64,000 nucleotides of DNA from Gammaproteobacteria bacterium (GTDB lineage Bacteria > Pseudomonadota > Gammaproteobacteria > Eutrophobiales > Eutrophobiaceae): positions 800,001 through 864,000 of the forward strand of contig OZ244905.1 in NCBI GenBank assembly GCA_965221695.1, given 5' to 3'. Under the pieces are notes generated by a model, which saw only the letters and a program-made list of their open reading frames with translations, was not told where the DNA came from and did not search any database. The position numbers and the translations under genes were made by a program. Of this stretch, positions 8,499 through 21,499 are shown piece after piece. Position 1 is the first letter of the stretch, and every line of letters starts with the position of its first letter.

Positions 8499-10748
8499 GT
8501 GCCAACATTAGATCACAAGCTCGTAGAAATTGCACTTGAACATACAGGTGGGACTGAGTTTGAGAAGTTTTGCCAGACTTTTTTCACAAATGTGGTGGGT
8601 GTCGAATTAGTTCCCTTGGGTGGGATGCATGATGGTGGAGCTGATGCTTTCTTAGGTGAAGGCTTGCTCCAAGGCAGTCATACCAAGCCTGATGTTTTCT
8701 TTCAAGCAACAACTCAAGCAGACCACCGTTCTAAAATTCGAGCAGACCACCGTTCTAAAATTCGACACACCGTTGAAAGATTACGAAAAGTCGGACGACA
8801 GCCCAAACTTGTTAACTATTGTACATCTCGCATGATAGGCATGATTGACAAGGAAGAAGAGGCGCTTTCAAATGAACTAAATGTCGATGTTAGAATTAGA
8901 GATCGTAACTGGATTGTCAGCAATATAAATCACTCTCCACAGACAATTGCGGCTTTCAATAGCTATTTAGCGCCATCGCTAAGTTTCCTTGAGGATTTCA
9001 ATACATCCTTGAAAATAAAAGTATTGCCCGATATATCTGCACGTACTATGTGTGTATTTCTGGGGCAAGAAATAGACCGGCGGCGTGGCAATACAGATCT
9101 TCTTGAGGCGGTAACTGATAGCTTAATCTTATGGGCATTAGAAGATACTGACCCAGACACCAAAATTTTTATGAAGCGCCAAGATATTATAAATAAAATT
9201 GAAGGAACATTGCCTTCTGCAAAACAGTTCATCCGCGGCGTATTTGATAACCGAATAAGACTATTAGCATCCAAAACTAATACTACAGGTAGAGAGATCC
9301 GTTGGTATAAGAAAGAAGATAAATTTTGTCTCCCGTATGAAACTCGTAAAATCATAATAAATGAAAAAACTGAGGATGAATTCTTAAAAATTAAAGTCAT
9401 GGATCTATACAGAAAAAGAGCCAATGAGTGTCTTAATGAGGAAACAATTGCACTTTCTGATGAGGTTGCAAACATCGCACACAGGGCGCTCGAACTGACG
9501 TTTGAAAATGAGGGGCTATTACTGGCTGCTTTTCTGACGGGAGAAAATACTCAAAACCAATACGATGGCACGATCTCAGATCAAGTTGATGAAGCCATTA
9601 ATGAAACTAAACTGACCGGTGAAACCGCAACTAGTTACAAGGAGGTAGCACTGTCGATTCTTCGGCAAGCTTTTTACAAAAGTACAGAAGAAGAACGCAT
9701 ATATTATGGCAAACTTTCCCGCACCTATACTCTAATGTTCACATTACGCAATGAGCCGAGAATCGTTGAATATTTCAAAAGTATGTCATCAAATTTTGTT
9801 TTGTTCATTGGCTCCGACATCATCATCCGAGCGCTATCAGAGAGATATTTGGCACCTGAAGATCAGATGACTATCAATATGCTGTATATTCTTCAAGATG
9901 CAGGCTCCTCCCTTATCCTAACCCAAATGGCAGTCAGAGAAGTTCAAGCTCACTTGAGAGCCACAAATCAGGAATTCCAGAATTACTTCGTAAGCTTGGA
10001 GCACAATGTCGACAAAGAAATTGCTCGTCACTCCGATAAAATTTTGATCCGTTCTTATTTCTATGCAAAATTTAATCCATCACTAGATTCAAAGCCCAAT
10101 AGTTGGCGAGATTTCGCTGGACAGATTTGTAGCCACGAAAAACTTCATAAGACGGAAGAATCCAGGATTGAGGTGAAGAATTATTTAATTGAAAAATTCA
10201 ATTTCGAGTATTTAGATGACAATGATTTGGAAAAGATCACAAATGAGAACGAAATAAATAATCTTGCTGAAAAACTTACAGAAATCAAATCAGAGGAAGT
10301 ACTAGCCCTTAACGATGCAAAACATATTCTTGGAGTCTATGGAAAACGTCGTGACCTGCGAGAAAATCATATATCTAATCCTTATGGATATCGAACTTGG
10401 TGGCTTACGCATGAAACTAAGGTCCGAAGCGTCACTAAAGATATTGTTGATAATCAGGGGGCAGAATATATCATCCGTCCCGAATTTATCCTGAATTTCA
10501 TCGCGCTTTCACCAACAATGGCGCAAGTGCGCAAAAGTTATAATACCATTTTCCCCACTCTTTTAGGTATCAGGTTATCTAATAGAATGAGGAAAGATAT
10601 TTTCCAAAAAGTAATGGGAAAAGTACAGGAAGTAAGAAGAATTGATGATGCACGCGCCAAAGCCAAGCTTGCACAGATGTCAAACGATCTAAAAGGTGAC
10701 AATTTCAAGCAGTATGAAAATAATTTTGAACTCCTTTTTCAAGAATAA
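8499..10748 (+). CDS. Hypothetical defence protein: N-terminal restriction-endonuclease-like domain, C-terminal PIN-like domain
   Basis: 749-aa AT-rich ORF. N-terminus FEKFC...PLGGMHDGGADAF...FFQAT (Mrr-like); C-terminus LFIGSDIIIRAL...E...NDA...WWLT (PIN-like). Domain calls by eye. Confidence 0.55.
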   Translation: MPTLDHKLVEIALEHTGGTEFEKFCQTFFTNVVGVELVPLGGMHDGGADAFLGEGLLQGSHTKPDVFFQATTQADHRSKIRADHRSKIRHTVERLRKVGRQPKLVNYCTSRMIGMIDKEEEALSNELNVDVRIRDRNWIVSNINHSPQTIAAFNSYLAPSLSFLEDFNTSLKIKVLPDISARTMCVFLGQEIDRRRGNTDLLEAVTDSLILWALEDTDPDTKIFMKRQDIINKIEGTLPSAKQFIRGVFDNRIRLLASKTNTTGREIRWYKKEDKFCLPYETRKIIINEKTEDEFLKIKVMDLYRKRANECLNEETIALSDEVANIAHRALELTFENEGLLLAAFLTGENTQNQYDGTISDQVDEAINETKLTGETATSYKEVALSILRQAFYKSTEEERIYYGKLSRTYTLMFTLRNEPRIVEYFKSMSSNFVLFIGSDIIIRALSERYLAPEDQMTINMLYILQDAGSSLILTQMAVREVQAHLRATNQEFQNYFVSLEHNVDKEIARHSDKILIRSYFYAKFNPSLDSKPNSWRDFAGQICSHEKLHKTEESRIEVKNYLIEKFNFEYLDDNDLEKITNENEINNLAEKLTEIKSEEVLALNDAKHILGVYGKRRDLRENHISNPYGYRTWWLTHETKVRSVTKDIVDNQGAEYIIRPEFILNFIALSPTMAQVRKSYNTIFPTLLGIRLSNRMRKDIFQKVMGKVQEVRRIDDARAKAKLAQMSNDLKGDNFKQYENNFELLFQE
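8717..8764 (+). repeat. Perfect in-frame 24-bp tandem duplication
   Basis: AGCAGACCACCGTTCTAAAATTCG x2, giving ADHRSKIR-ADHRSKIR. Confidence 0.95.
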
Positions 10749-10803
10749 TCCAGAGGGTGTACTGAGCGCATGCAAGTGTCGTCGTGATTAATGCTTAAAT
10801 CCA

Positions 10804-11190
10804 ATGCAAACATTGCAAACAAACTCAGATATTCCGGATGACACTGCAGCGGTCATCGAGGGTAAACACAGGACGGGTTTAACTGTTGTTCCTGACGGCT
10901 ACAGGGTAAAAAAGTTGGCTGAAGTGAAAAACTATCTAAACCACAATATGGATCTGTTGGGTTTTTTATCGTCGCTGCCCGCATCTATCTCTAAATCGAA
11001 AGGCGTGGAATCCATTGACCTGGAGTTCTATCATGATATTGAGGAACATTGGGATAAGCTGTTTGTAGTCGTCAACACTCAAATCGAAGATATGGATGAA
11101 CTCGATGCCCTGGAAGACTCATTATATTCTTCTTTGTTTGAACCCAAGGATGATATGCTATCAGGTCGAGTGGTGCTATCCGTAGGATGA
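10804..11190 (+). CDS. Acidic hypothetical protein, probable partner/antitoxin of the downstream HEPN gene
   Basis: 128-aa acidic ORF 3 nt upstream of a HEPN-like ORF. Confidence 0.5.
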   Translation: MQTLQTNSDIPDDTAAVIEGKHRTGLTVVPDGYRVKKLAEVKNYLNHNMDLLGFLSSLPASISKSKGVESIDLEFYHDIEEHWDKLFVVVNTQIEDMDELDALEDSLYSSLFEPKDDMLSGRVVLSVG

Positions 11191-11193
11191 CCT

Positions 11194-11415
11194 ATGCCGA
11201 TTGAACCAAGGGACATGGTTGCGTACGCGCATGGGATGCTTAAAACAGCAGGATCAGAAATCGAGTATAGAAACGTTGTAAATCGCGCCTATTATGGGGC
11301 TTTTATCACCGCCAGAGACTTTGCAGAAATTACTACCGATAGCGGGAGCGTACATCGTGAAGTCGTTGAGCACTACCGCGTCGATGTAGTTACTCATGTG
11401 GCGGGTGGCGCGTAA
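11194..11415 (+). pseudogene. Truncated HEPN-domain protein
   Basis: YRNVVNRAYYGAF...GSVH motif present; the C-terminal R-x3-DY segment is missing and the ORF runs into an opposing gene fragment. Confidence 0.65.
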
Positions 11416-11517
11416 CAGCTTGTCTATCTCTTTATCGGTCCTGGCCTGTGAAATAGCAAGTTTATCCAAGGAAGCCGATATGTCCGCCAAGGACCGGAGA
11501 GTTTTTTCTTCATTCAT
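11254..11517 (-). pseudogene. N-terminal coiled-coil fragment (DUF3782/PD-(D/E)xK-associated type), truncated
   Basis: Good RBS (AAGGAG) and heptad-like LAISQARTDKEIDKL; the 3' part is simply the antisense of the HEPN fragment. Confidence 0.4.
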
Positions 11518-11970
11518 GATGAGATCTCCTTTCTGGGATAACCGGAATAATCAGGATCGAGGCACACACCCAACGGCGTGTCCGGCAGTATTGTCGCATG
11601 TTCCCGGTGCAATGAATATGTGAAAGGCTCGGTATGTGTGCCCCAGGTCGGAATGCAGTATAATCAACTTTCCTTGATATTTTGTCAGCCCGCACAAATT
11701 ACAATACAAATATGAAACAGGCTGATTTCAAACAACCGGCCCAACGAATTTATCGCGCCCGGCAAACAGAAGGTGTGGAATGCAGACTGGAGTTCCACAG
11801 GCAGGATAGATCGTTCCGGTTCATCGACTCACTGTGCTGGTAGGATAGACGAAGCGCCAGAGGCAGGATGATTCGGGTGGAATTTATAGCGGTAGATACG
11901 ACTGCTGACCCTGAGAGTGCAGGCAATAAAGTCAAGCGCCTCCGTAGTGCCGCAATCAAGTAACAAGCAT

Positions 11971-13518
11971 ATGGCAAAGCCAGAAAAAAACAAAGGCGCT
12001 CATCTCGGGTTCGAGTCGAAGCTCTGGGCGACCGCGGACAAGTTGCGCGGCAACATGGAACCGTCCGACTACAAGCATGTCGCTCTCGGCCTGATCTTCC
12101 TCAAGTACATCTCGGACGCTTTCGAAGCAAAGCGAAGCGAGTTGCTAAAGAACAAGAATGCCGATGCCGAGGATCCGCTGGAATATCTCGCCTATAACCT
12201 CTTCTGGGTTCCTAAGGCAGCTCGCTGGTCGCGTCTGCAGGCCAGAGCCAAGCAGACGACGATTGGCAAAGACATCGACGATGCCATGCTAGCCATTGAA
12301 GCCAGCAATACCTCGCTCAAGGGCGTCCTGCCGAAAGATTACGCCCGACCGGCGCTCAATAAGGTCATGCTCGGCGAACTGATCGACCTGGTGAGCGGCA
12401 TCGGCATGGCCGAAGAGGCGGACCGCTCCCGCGACATACTCGGGCGGGTGTACGAGTACTTCCTCGGCGGCTTTGCCGGGGCGGAAGGCAAGCGAGGCGG
12501 CGAGTTCTACACGCCCCGCTCCGTCGTCCGGCTACTGGTCGAAATGCTGGAGCCTTACAAGGGCCGCGTCTATGACCCCTGCTGCGGTTCCGGCGGCATG
12601 TTCGTGCAGTCAGAGCGTTTCGTCGAGGAACACGGCGGACGCGTAGGCGACATTGCTATCTACGGCCAGGAAAGCAACTACACGACCTGGCGTCTCGCCA
12701 AGATGAACCTTGCGGTGCGCGGTATCGACGCCGATATCCGCTGGAACAATGAAGGCAGCTTCCACAAAGACGAACTACCGGACCTCAAGGCCGACTTCAT
12801 CCTGGCCAATCCACCCTTCAATGTCTCCGATTGGGGTGGCGACCGGCTACGCGACGATGTCCGCTGGACGTTCGGCGTGCCACCGGTAGGCAACGCCAAC
12901 TACGCCTGGCTCCAGCACATCCACCATCACCTTGCACCCAATGGATCAGCAGGGGTGGTACTCGCTAACGGTTCCATGTCCACCACAACGTCAGGTGAAG
13001 GAGACATCCGTCGCGCCATGGTCGAAGCCGATGCGGTGGATTGTATGATCGCACTGCCGGGACAGCTCTTCTATTCGACACAGATCCCCGCTTGCCTCTG
13101 GTTCCTCGCTCGCAACAAGAATCCTGGCCAAGGTCAACGTGACCGGCGCGGCGAGGTGCTGTTCATCGACGCCCGCAAGGTCGGGCACATGGTCGACCGG
13201 ACCCGTAAGGAGTTTTCTGACGAGGATATCGCACGGATCGCAGATTGCTACCATACCTGGCGCGGAGAACCCGACATGGCCCTATATGAAGATGAACCGG
13301 GCTTTTGCAAGTCCGCCACGCTGGAGGAGATTACGAAACACGGCCACGTTCTGACACCCGGCCGCTATGTTGGTGCTGCGGCAATCAAAGATGATGACGT
13401 GCCATTTGAGGAGCGGTTCGCGGAGTTAAAGGAGACGCTGGCTGAGCAATTCACCGAGTCCCGAAACCTGACCAAGATCATTCAGAATAAACTGGACGAA
13501 ATCGGTACTCATGAATAG
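11971..13518 (+). CDS. hsdM: Type I restriction-modification methyltransferase subunit M
   Basis: [26 protein letters not shown] (motif I), NPPF (motif IV). ATG 11971 preferred. Confidence 0.97.
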   Translation: MAKPEKNKGAHLGFESKLWATADKLRGNMEPSDYKHVALGLIFLKYISDAFEAKRSELLKNKNADAEDPLEYLAYNLFWVPKAARWSRLQARAKQTTIGKDIDDAMLAIEASNTSLKGVLPKDYARPALNKVMLGELIDLVSGIGMAEEADRSRDILGRVYEYFLGGFAGAEGKRGGEFYTPRSVVRLLVEMLEPYKGRVYDPCCGSGGMFVQSERFVEEHGGRVGDIAIYGQESNYTTWRLAKMNLAVRGIDADIRWNNEGSFHKDELPDLKADFILANPPFNVSDWGGDRLRDDVRWTFGVPPVGNANYAWLQHIHHHLAPNGSAGVVLANGSMSTTTSGEGDIRRAMVEADAVDCMIALPGQLFYSTQIPACLWFLARNKNPGQGQRDRRGEVLFIDARKVGHMVDRTRKEFSDEDIARIADCYHTWRGEPDMALYEDEPGFCKSATLEEITKHGHVLTPGRYVGAAAIKDDDVPFEERFAELKETLAEQFTESRNLTKIIQNKLDEIGTHE

Positions 13519-14803
13519 ATGGTCCATACTTTCATTGCGGGACGTCGGTGTCGAGTTGATTGACTGTCTACACAAGACACCCGCAGCACAAACGGAGGGA
13601 TATCCATACGTAGGTATTCCTCAGATGAGGGACGGATGGATAGACTTTGGCAGCGCTCGAAAGATATCACATGACGACTTTGTCGAATGGACGACGAAGG
13701 CAATGCCTCAACAACACGACGTAATTCTCTCGCGGCGTACAAATCCTGGGGTAACGGCCATTGACAGGACAGGCACTGAATTCGCGCTCGGTCAGAATCT
13801 CGTCTTACTTCGCGCAGATGGCATCCAAATCGATCCACCATTTTTGAAATGGCTCGTACGCTCGCCTGCTTGGTGGCAGCAGGTTGAAAAATTCATGAAC
13901 GTTGGCGCTGTATTCAACAGCTTGAGGTGTGCTGATGTGCCTAACTTCGAGCTCCCAGTTCCGCCCTTCGAGACTCAACGGCGAATGGGAAACTTGCTTG
14001 ATGTCCTTGAAAGCGCAATTGACATGAATCGTCGAATGAACGAAACACTGGAGGCGATGGCTCGGGCAATCTTCAAGGACTGGTTCGTCGATTTCGGCCC
14101 CACGCGTGCCAAGGCTGAAGGGCGCGCTCCCTACCTCGCCCCCGACATCTGGGATCTGTTCCCTGACGCACTGGACGACGAGGGCAAGCCGGTTGGATGG
14201 GATTGGTCAAAAATCGCGTCGATGGCGAGCACTAAGCTAGGAGGTACTCCTTCGCGCAAGAAACCCGAATTGTGGGGTGGCAGTGTGCCTTGGATAAACT
14301 CGGGAAAGGTCAATCAGCTCCGTGTGATATCCCCCAGCGAATTCATCACAACTGAAGGATTAGAGAATTCCTCGGCTAAGCTACTGCCCAAGAGAACGAC
14401 TCTAATTGCCATTACTGGCGCCACTTTAGGCCAAGTTAGTCTTAGCGAGTGTGAGACTAGCACCAATCAATCTGTGGTTGGCATAGTCGGCAATGATCGA
14501 ATGCTGAATGAGTTTCTATATTGTTGGATAAGAGAAAATATTGGCGAGCTTCTTGCGTTACAGACAGGTGCCGCTCAACAACACATCAACAAGGGCAATG
14601 TTGACCAATTAGCGGTTCTGTCTCCAGCCGCGGAAGTATTGAACTCTTGGGTTAGTCTGTCACGGCCGCTCTTTGACTTGATTGCGTTGAATTGCTTCGA
14701 AAGTGAAACCCTATCCGTAACTCGCGACCTTCTCCTTCCAAAACTCATGTCCGGCGAAATCCGTCTTCGGGATGCCGAAAGGGCTGTTGAGGCCGTGGCA
14801 TGA
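13511..14803 (+). CDS. hsdS: Type I R-M specificity subunit S
   Basis: Two TRDs; conserved [19 protein letters not shown] and [14 protein letters not shown]. Confidence 0.95.
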   Translation: MNRWSILSLRDVGVELIDCLHKTPAAQTEGYPYVGIPQMRDGWIDFGSARKISHDDFVEWTTKAMPQQHDVILSRRTNPGVTAIDRTGTEFALGQNLVLLRADGIQIDPPFLKWLVRSPAWWQQVEKFMNVGAVFNSLRCADVPNFELPVPPFETQRRMGNLLDVLESAIDMNRRMNETLEAMARAIFKDWFVDFGPTRAKAEGRAPYLAPDIWDLFPDALDDEGKPVGWDWSKIASMASTKLGGTPSRKKPELWGGSVPWINSGKVNQLRVISPSEFITTEGLENSSAKLLPKRTTLIAITGATLGQVSLSECETSTNQSVVGIVGNDRMLNEFLYCWIRENIGELLALQTGAAQQHINKGNVDQLAVLSPAAEVLNSWVSLSRPLFDLIALNCFESETLSVTRDLLLPKLMSGEIRLRDAERAVEAVA

Positions 14804-15948
14804 TCCGCGTCCCCGTCAACCCCGATCTTCTGCGCTGGGCCCGCGAGCGCGCCAGAGTCACGCAGGATGACCTGACCGTTAAGTTCAAGAAGCTGCCCAG
14901 TTGGGAGGACGGAGAGGCGCAACCTACTCTCAAGCAATTGGAAAAGTTCGCTCGCGCCGTCCATGTGCCATTCGGTTACCTTTTTCTCACAGAGCCTCCC
15001 GAGGAACCTCTCCCGATTTCGGATTTTCGTACGGTCACGGATACTGCAACCGCCAGACCAAGTCCGGATTTGCTCGACACACTCTACGCCATGCAGCGGC
15101 GGCAGGCGTGGTTACGCGAATACCTCGTTGAGAACGACGCGGAGCCGCTGACATTCGTGGCTAGCGCCCGACTTGCTGACGACCCAAGCGTCGTAGGTCG
15201 TGAAATGCGGCGCACCCTTGGTCTTGAAGAGGGTTGGGCCGAGGGAGTCACCACTTGGCAAGATGCCGTGAATGAACTACGCCGCATGATCGAAGGGCTA
15301 GGCGTAATGGCCGTGATCAATGGCGTGGTCGGCAACAATACGCACCGTCGGTTGAGTGTGGCGGAGTTTCGCGGGTTCGCGCTCTCGGATCGCTACGCGC
15401 CCCTGCTCTTCGTGAATGGTGCGGATGCGAAGTCCGCCCAAATGTTCACACTGGCTCACGAACTGGCGCACATCTGGCTCGGTGAAGCGGGGATTTCCAA
15501 TTTCGAGAACCTCCTTCCCGGCGGCATGAAGGTGGAAGATTGGTGCAACCAGGCAGCGGCCGAATTCCTCGTACCTTCGGGAGAGTTGCGGGAGCGATGG
15601 ATTGAGGTGAGACGGGGACAGAATCCCTTCGAGGACCTTGCACGCTCGTTCAAGGTGAGCCCCGTGGTCGCCGCCCGTCGAGCTATGGACCTCAATCTCC
15701 TTGAGCGTAACGCCTTTTTCGATTTCTATCAGCGCTACTTCAACCAGGAACGCAGGCCTGGCAAGACATCGTCCGGAGGCGATTTCTACAACAACCAAAA
15801 TGCGCGCGTCGGTAAGCTTTTCGCAACCTGTGTGATGAGAGCGGCTCTGGAAGGTCAAATCGGATTCAGAGTGGCTTACGAATTGACCGGTCTCCGGGGC
15901 GGAACATTTCAGGATTACGCCGGGCGATTGGGCATCAGGCTCCCGTGA
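14800..15948 (+). CDS. Xre-HTH plus ImmA/IrrE (M78, COG2856) metallopeptidase
   Basis: N-terminal HTH (LLRWARER...WEDGEAQPT), FTLAHELAH (HExxH), E.WCN..AAEFL. Confidence 0.92.
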   Translation: MIRVPVNPDLLRWARERARVTQDDLTVKFKKLPSWEDGEAQPTLKQLEKFARAVHVPFGYLFLTEPPEEPLPISDFRTVTDTATARPSPDLLDTLYAMQRRQAWLREYLVENDAEPLTFVASARLADDPSVVGREMRRTLGLEEGWAEGVTTWQDAVNELRRMIEGLGVMAVINGVVGNNTHRRLSVAEFRGFALSDRYAPLLFVNGADAKSAQMFTLAHELAHIWLGEAGISNFENLLPGGMKVEDWCNQAAAEFLVPSGELRERWIEVRRGQNPFEDLARSFKVSPVVAARRAMDLNLLERNAFFDFYQRYFNQERRPGKTSSGGDFYNNQNARVGKLFATCVMRAALEGQIGFRVAYELTGLRGGTFQDYAGRLGIRLP

Positions 15949-16466
15949 TGGCAGATCGACTCTATCTTGTAGACTCCGATGTCCTGATTACGGCGAAGAA
16001 CCTTTACTATGCTTTCGATATTTGCCCGGGTTTTTGGAAGTGCTTGATTCAACGGCACCGGGAGGGTCTTGTTTTCAGCGTCGACCGGGTACGCAACGAA
16101 CTGCTGGCAGGTCGCGAAACAGAGGAGCTTGTTCGCTGGGTCAGGAACGAAGTTCCGGAGGGTTTTTTCCTGGCTATGGATTCCGATGAGGTAGCTCGCG
16201 TCTATACGGAAATCATGTTGTGGGTACAGCGGCATCCGAATTACTTTGACCAGGCTAAGGCGCAATTCGCAACAAGCGCCGATGGCTGGCTCGTCGCATG
16301 CGCACAGGTGCGAAGTGCAACGGTTGTGACGAATGAGCAGCCTTCCCCGGAGTCCAGGAAAGTCGTAAAGCTGCCGGATGTCTGCGACAAGTTCAATGTT
16401 CCTTGGAGGAATACCTTTGAGATGCTTCGAGCGTTAGGGGCGCAGTTCGATTTGGAGAAGAGTTAG
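15945..16466 (+). CDS. DUF4411 family PIN-like protein
   Basis: YLVDSDVLITAKNLYYAFDICPGFW...ADGWLVA...VVTNE...KLPDVC. Confidence 0.9.
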   Translation: MMADRLYLVDSDVLITAKNLYYAFDICPGFWKCLIQRHREGLVFSVDRVRNELLAGRETEELVRWVRNEVPEGFFLAMDSDEVARVYTEIMLWVQRHPNYFDQAKAQFATSADGWLVACAQVRSATVVTNEQPSPESRKVVKLPDVCDKFNVPWRNTFEMLRALGAQFDLEKS

Positions 16467-16603
16467 ATGGCTGATGCCAGAGGCTGGAGAATCAAGATTC
16501 CGAATGCCTGCATCATGCTCGGCCTACGCTGCATGAACCCCGACGAGATGCTCCATCGCGAGTGCGCAAGATTTATCCTGGGGACGAGAAGAGACACGGC
16601 CTG

Positions 16604-16604
<1 letters not shown>
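16467..16604 (+). pseudogene. Relic C-terminus of a second DUF4411 gene
   Basis: Manual translation ...[32 protein letters not shown] resembles the DUF4411 C-terminus; its TGA overlaps the hsdR ATG (TGATG). Confidence 0.65.
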
Positions 16605-19879
<3,275 letters not shown>

Positions 19880-19927
19880 CCTCAAAGACCTTCGAGATAC
19901 AGGTTCAGGACTATCTGGATAGGAACT

Positions 19928-20185
19928 TCACGAGGTTTCCCGAGTGAATATCCCCTCATGTATTTCCTCTTCGGCCACTGAGCGGTAGGCGTAGAGCAGG
20001 CAGGCGTGAATGTCCTCCGGTTCCAGGATAGGATATTCACTTAAGATCGTATCCACTGTGTCTCCTGCGGCAAGTTTTGCCAGGACATGTTCTACAGCGA
20101 ATCGCATGCCGCGAATAATCGGTTTACCACCGAAGATGTCGGGGCGAACAGAGATACGGTTGAGTAGTTCGGTCTCTTGAGTCAT
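19928..20185 (-). CDS. DUF433 family antitoxin-like protein (orphan)
   Basis: RISVRPDIFGGKPIIRGMR...EYPILEPEDIHACLLYA; RBS GGAGG. Confidence 0.9.
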   Translation of the reverse strand: MTQETELLNRISVRPDIFGGKPIIRGMRFAVEHVLAKLAAGDTVDTILSEYPILEPEDIHACLLYAYRSVAEEEIHEGIFTRETS

Positions 20186-20233
20186 GGTTACCTCCCTCGG
20201 TCGTATTCTCTCGTTCCTTTATTATTGCCATTA

Positions 20234-20265
20234 TAATGCACAAATTTTGCAAAATTTGTGCATTA
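20234..20265. repeat. Perfect 32-bp palindrome
   Basis: TAATGCACAAATTTTG|CAAAATTTGTGCATTA, no spacer. Confidence 0.9.
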
Positions 20266-20330
20266 CAAGCTTTCCTGTAACCAACTTCCCGTTCTTACGG
20301 CAGATGCCGATGGGGAGGCGGAAGAAGTCC

Positions 20331-21485
20331 CTAGAATGAATCCTCACCCCCGATATAGCCCTTGATGGGTACCCCGGACAGGGGTTCGCCGCCGTCTTTG
20401 CCTACCCGGTAGGTTTCCTGGAAGTACAGTGAGTGGGTGCGTTCCTGGTTCATGAAGTGCGGGTGCATTGAGCAGACCATGTTCTCCGGCAGTACGAAGT
20501 CAAAGCCCTCGCCTATCCTGGGCATTTCGATCATGGTCATGCCGATGGAGTGGCCGCAAACATGGCCTGAGCGGTAGCCGCGGTCGAAGATCGGCTTCAT
20601 GCAGGCGTTGCTGGCTGCCTCGGCGGTGTTGCCGGCCTTCATATGCTCTTTGGCAAGTTCATGGAACTCCTGGTAAGCGGTCATCATTTCTGCGGTAGTC
20701 GCATCCATGCCTTGGGGGAACACGGGGCGGGAGAATTCGACCCAGTGGCCGCCCTCGCCGGAGACCTCGAGCCCGTACATCATACCGTCGCTGTCCTGTA
20801 TGGGCCGTTGGGTGGGAAACACCATCTGCGGTTCCAGGGAGCCGTTGGGTCCCATCTGTATCATGTCCATGGTGTTGCGGGCGCAACCGGCCGCGGCAAA
20901 AGTATTCTCGGCAATGCCCATCAGTTCCGCTTCCGTTTTGCCCGGCCCGTAGGCGCGGATCACATCCAGCACACCTTGCTTGTTGATCTCCATCGAATGG
21001 CGCACCGACGCGATTTCCTCCTCGCTCTTCTGCGCGCGGGCATAGTCGAACTGGATTTCAAAATCGATAATCTCGAAGTCTTTTGCCGCCAGCGCGGAAT
21101 AATCACGCACGTTGATGATGTATTGCAGGCCGTAGATGCCCAGCCGTTTCACCCCACTGCCCTGCAGAAACTCCGCCATCCACTCGCCGCAATGGGGGGG
21201 GAACTCGCGTTGTTCTATGAAGGTCGCGGTATGATCGCCCACCCAGGTCGCTTCCCGAGGAAATACGCACACGGGGTCGCCGTCGGCGGGGATAACCACG
21301 TACGCATAGCGGTGCAGGATCAGGAACCCGCACAGGTAACGCACTGCGCCCTCGAACCCGGTATATTCGCTGCCGCTGACCACCAGCGCGTCCAGTCCTT
21401 CTTTTTCCATAGCCGCGCGCACGTTCGCGTAACGGCGCTCTATCTCGGCCTGGCTGGGGCGAAAACGGTTAATATAATCAGTCAT
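20331..21485 (-). CDS. M24/creatinase-like (pita-bread fold) hydrolase
   Basis: Creatinase-type N-domain (RRYANVRAAMEKEGLDALVV), KSEEEI, GHSIG; metal ligands atypical. Confidence 0.85.
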   Translation of the reverse strand: MTDYINRFRPSQAEIERRYANVRAAMEKEGLDALVVSGSEYTGFEGAVRYLCGFLILHRYAYVVIPADGDPVCVFPREATWVGDHTATFIEQREFPPHCGEWMAEFLQGSGVKRLGIYGLQYIINVRDYSALAAKDFEIIDFEIQFDYARAQKSEEEIASVRHSMEINKQGVLDVIRAYGPGKTEAELMGIAENTFAAAGCARNTMDMIQMGPNGSLEPQMVFPTQRPIQDSDGMMYGLEVSGEGGHWVEFSRPVFPQGMDATTAEMMTAYQEFHELAKEHMKAGNTAEAASNACMKPIFDRGYRSGHVCGHSIGMTMIEMPRIGEGFDFVLPENMVCSMHPHFMNQERTHSLYFQETYRVGKDGGEPLSGVPIKGYIGGEDSF

Positions 21486-21499
21486 TTCTTGTTTCCTCT

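Noticed and set aside
11750-11770. FIAPGK peptide resembling an IS3 integrase-core motif
   Set aside because: Only six residues; no further transposase similarity or terminal repeats are visible.
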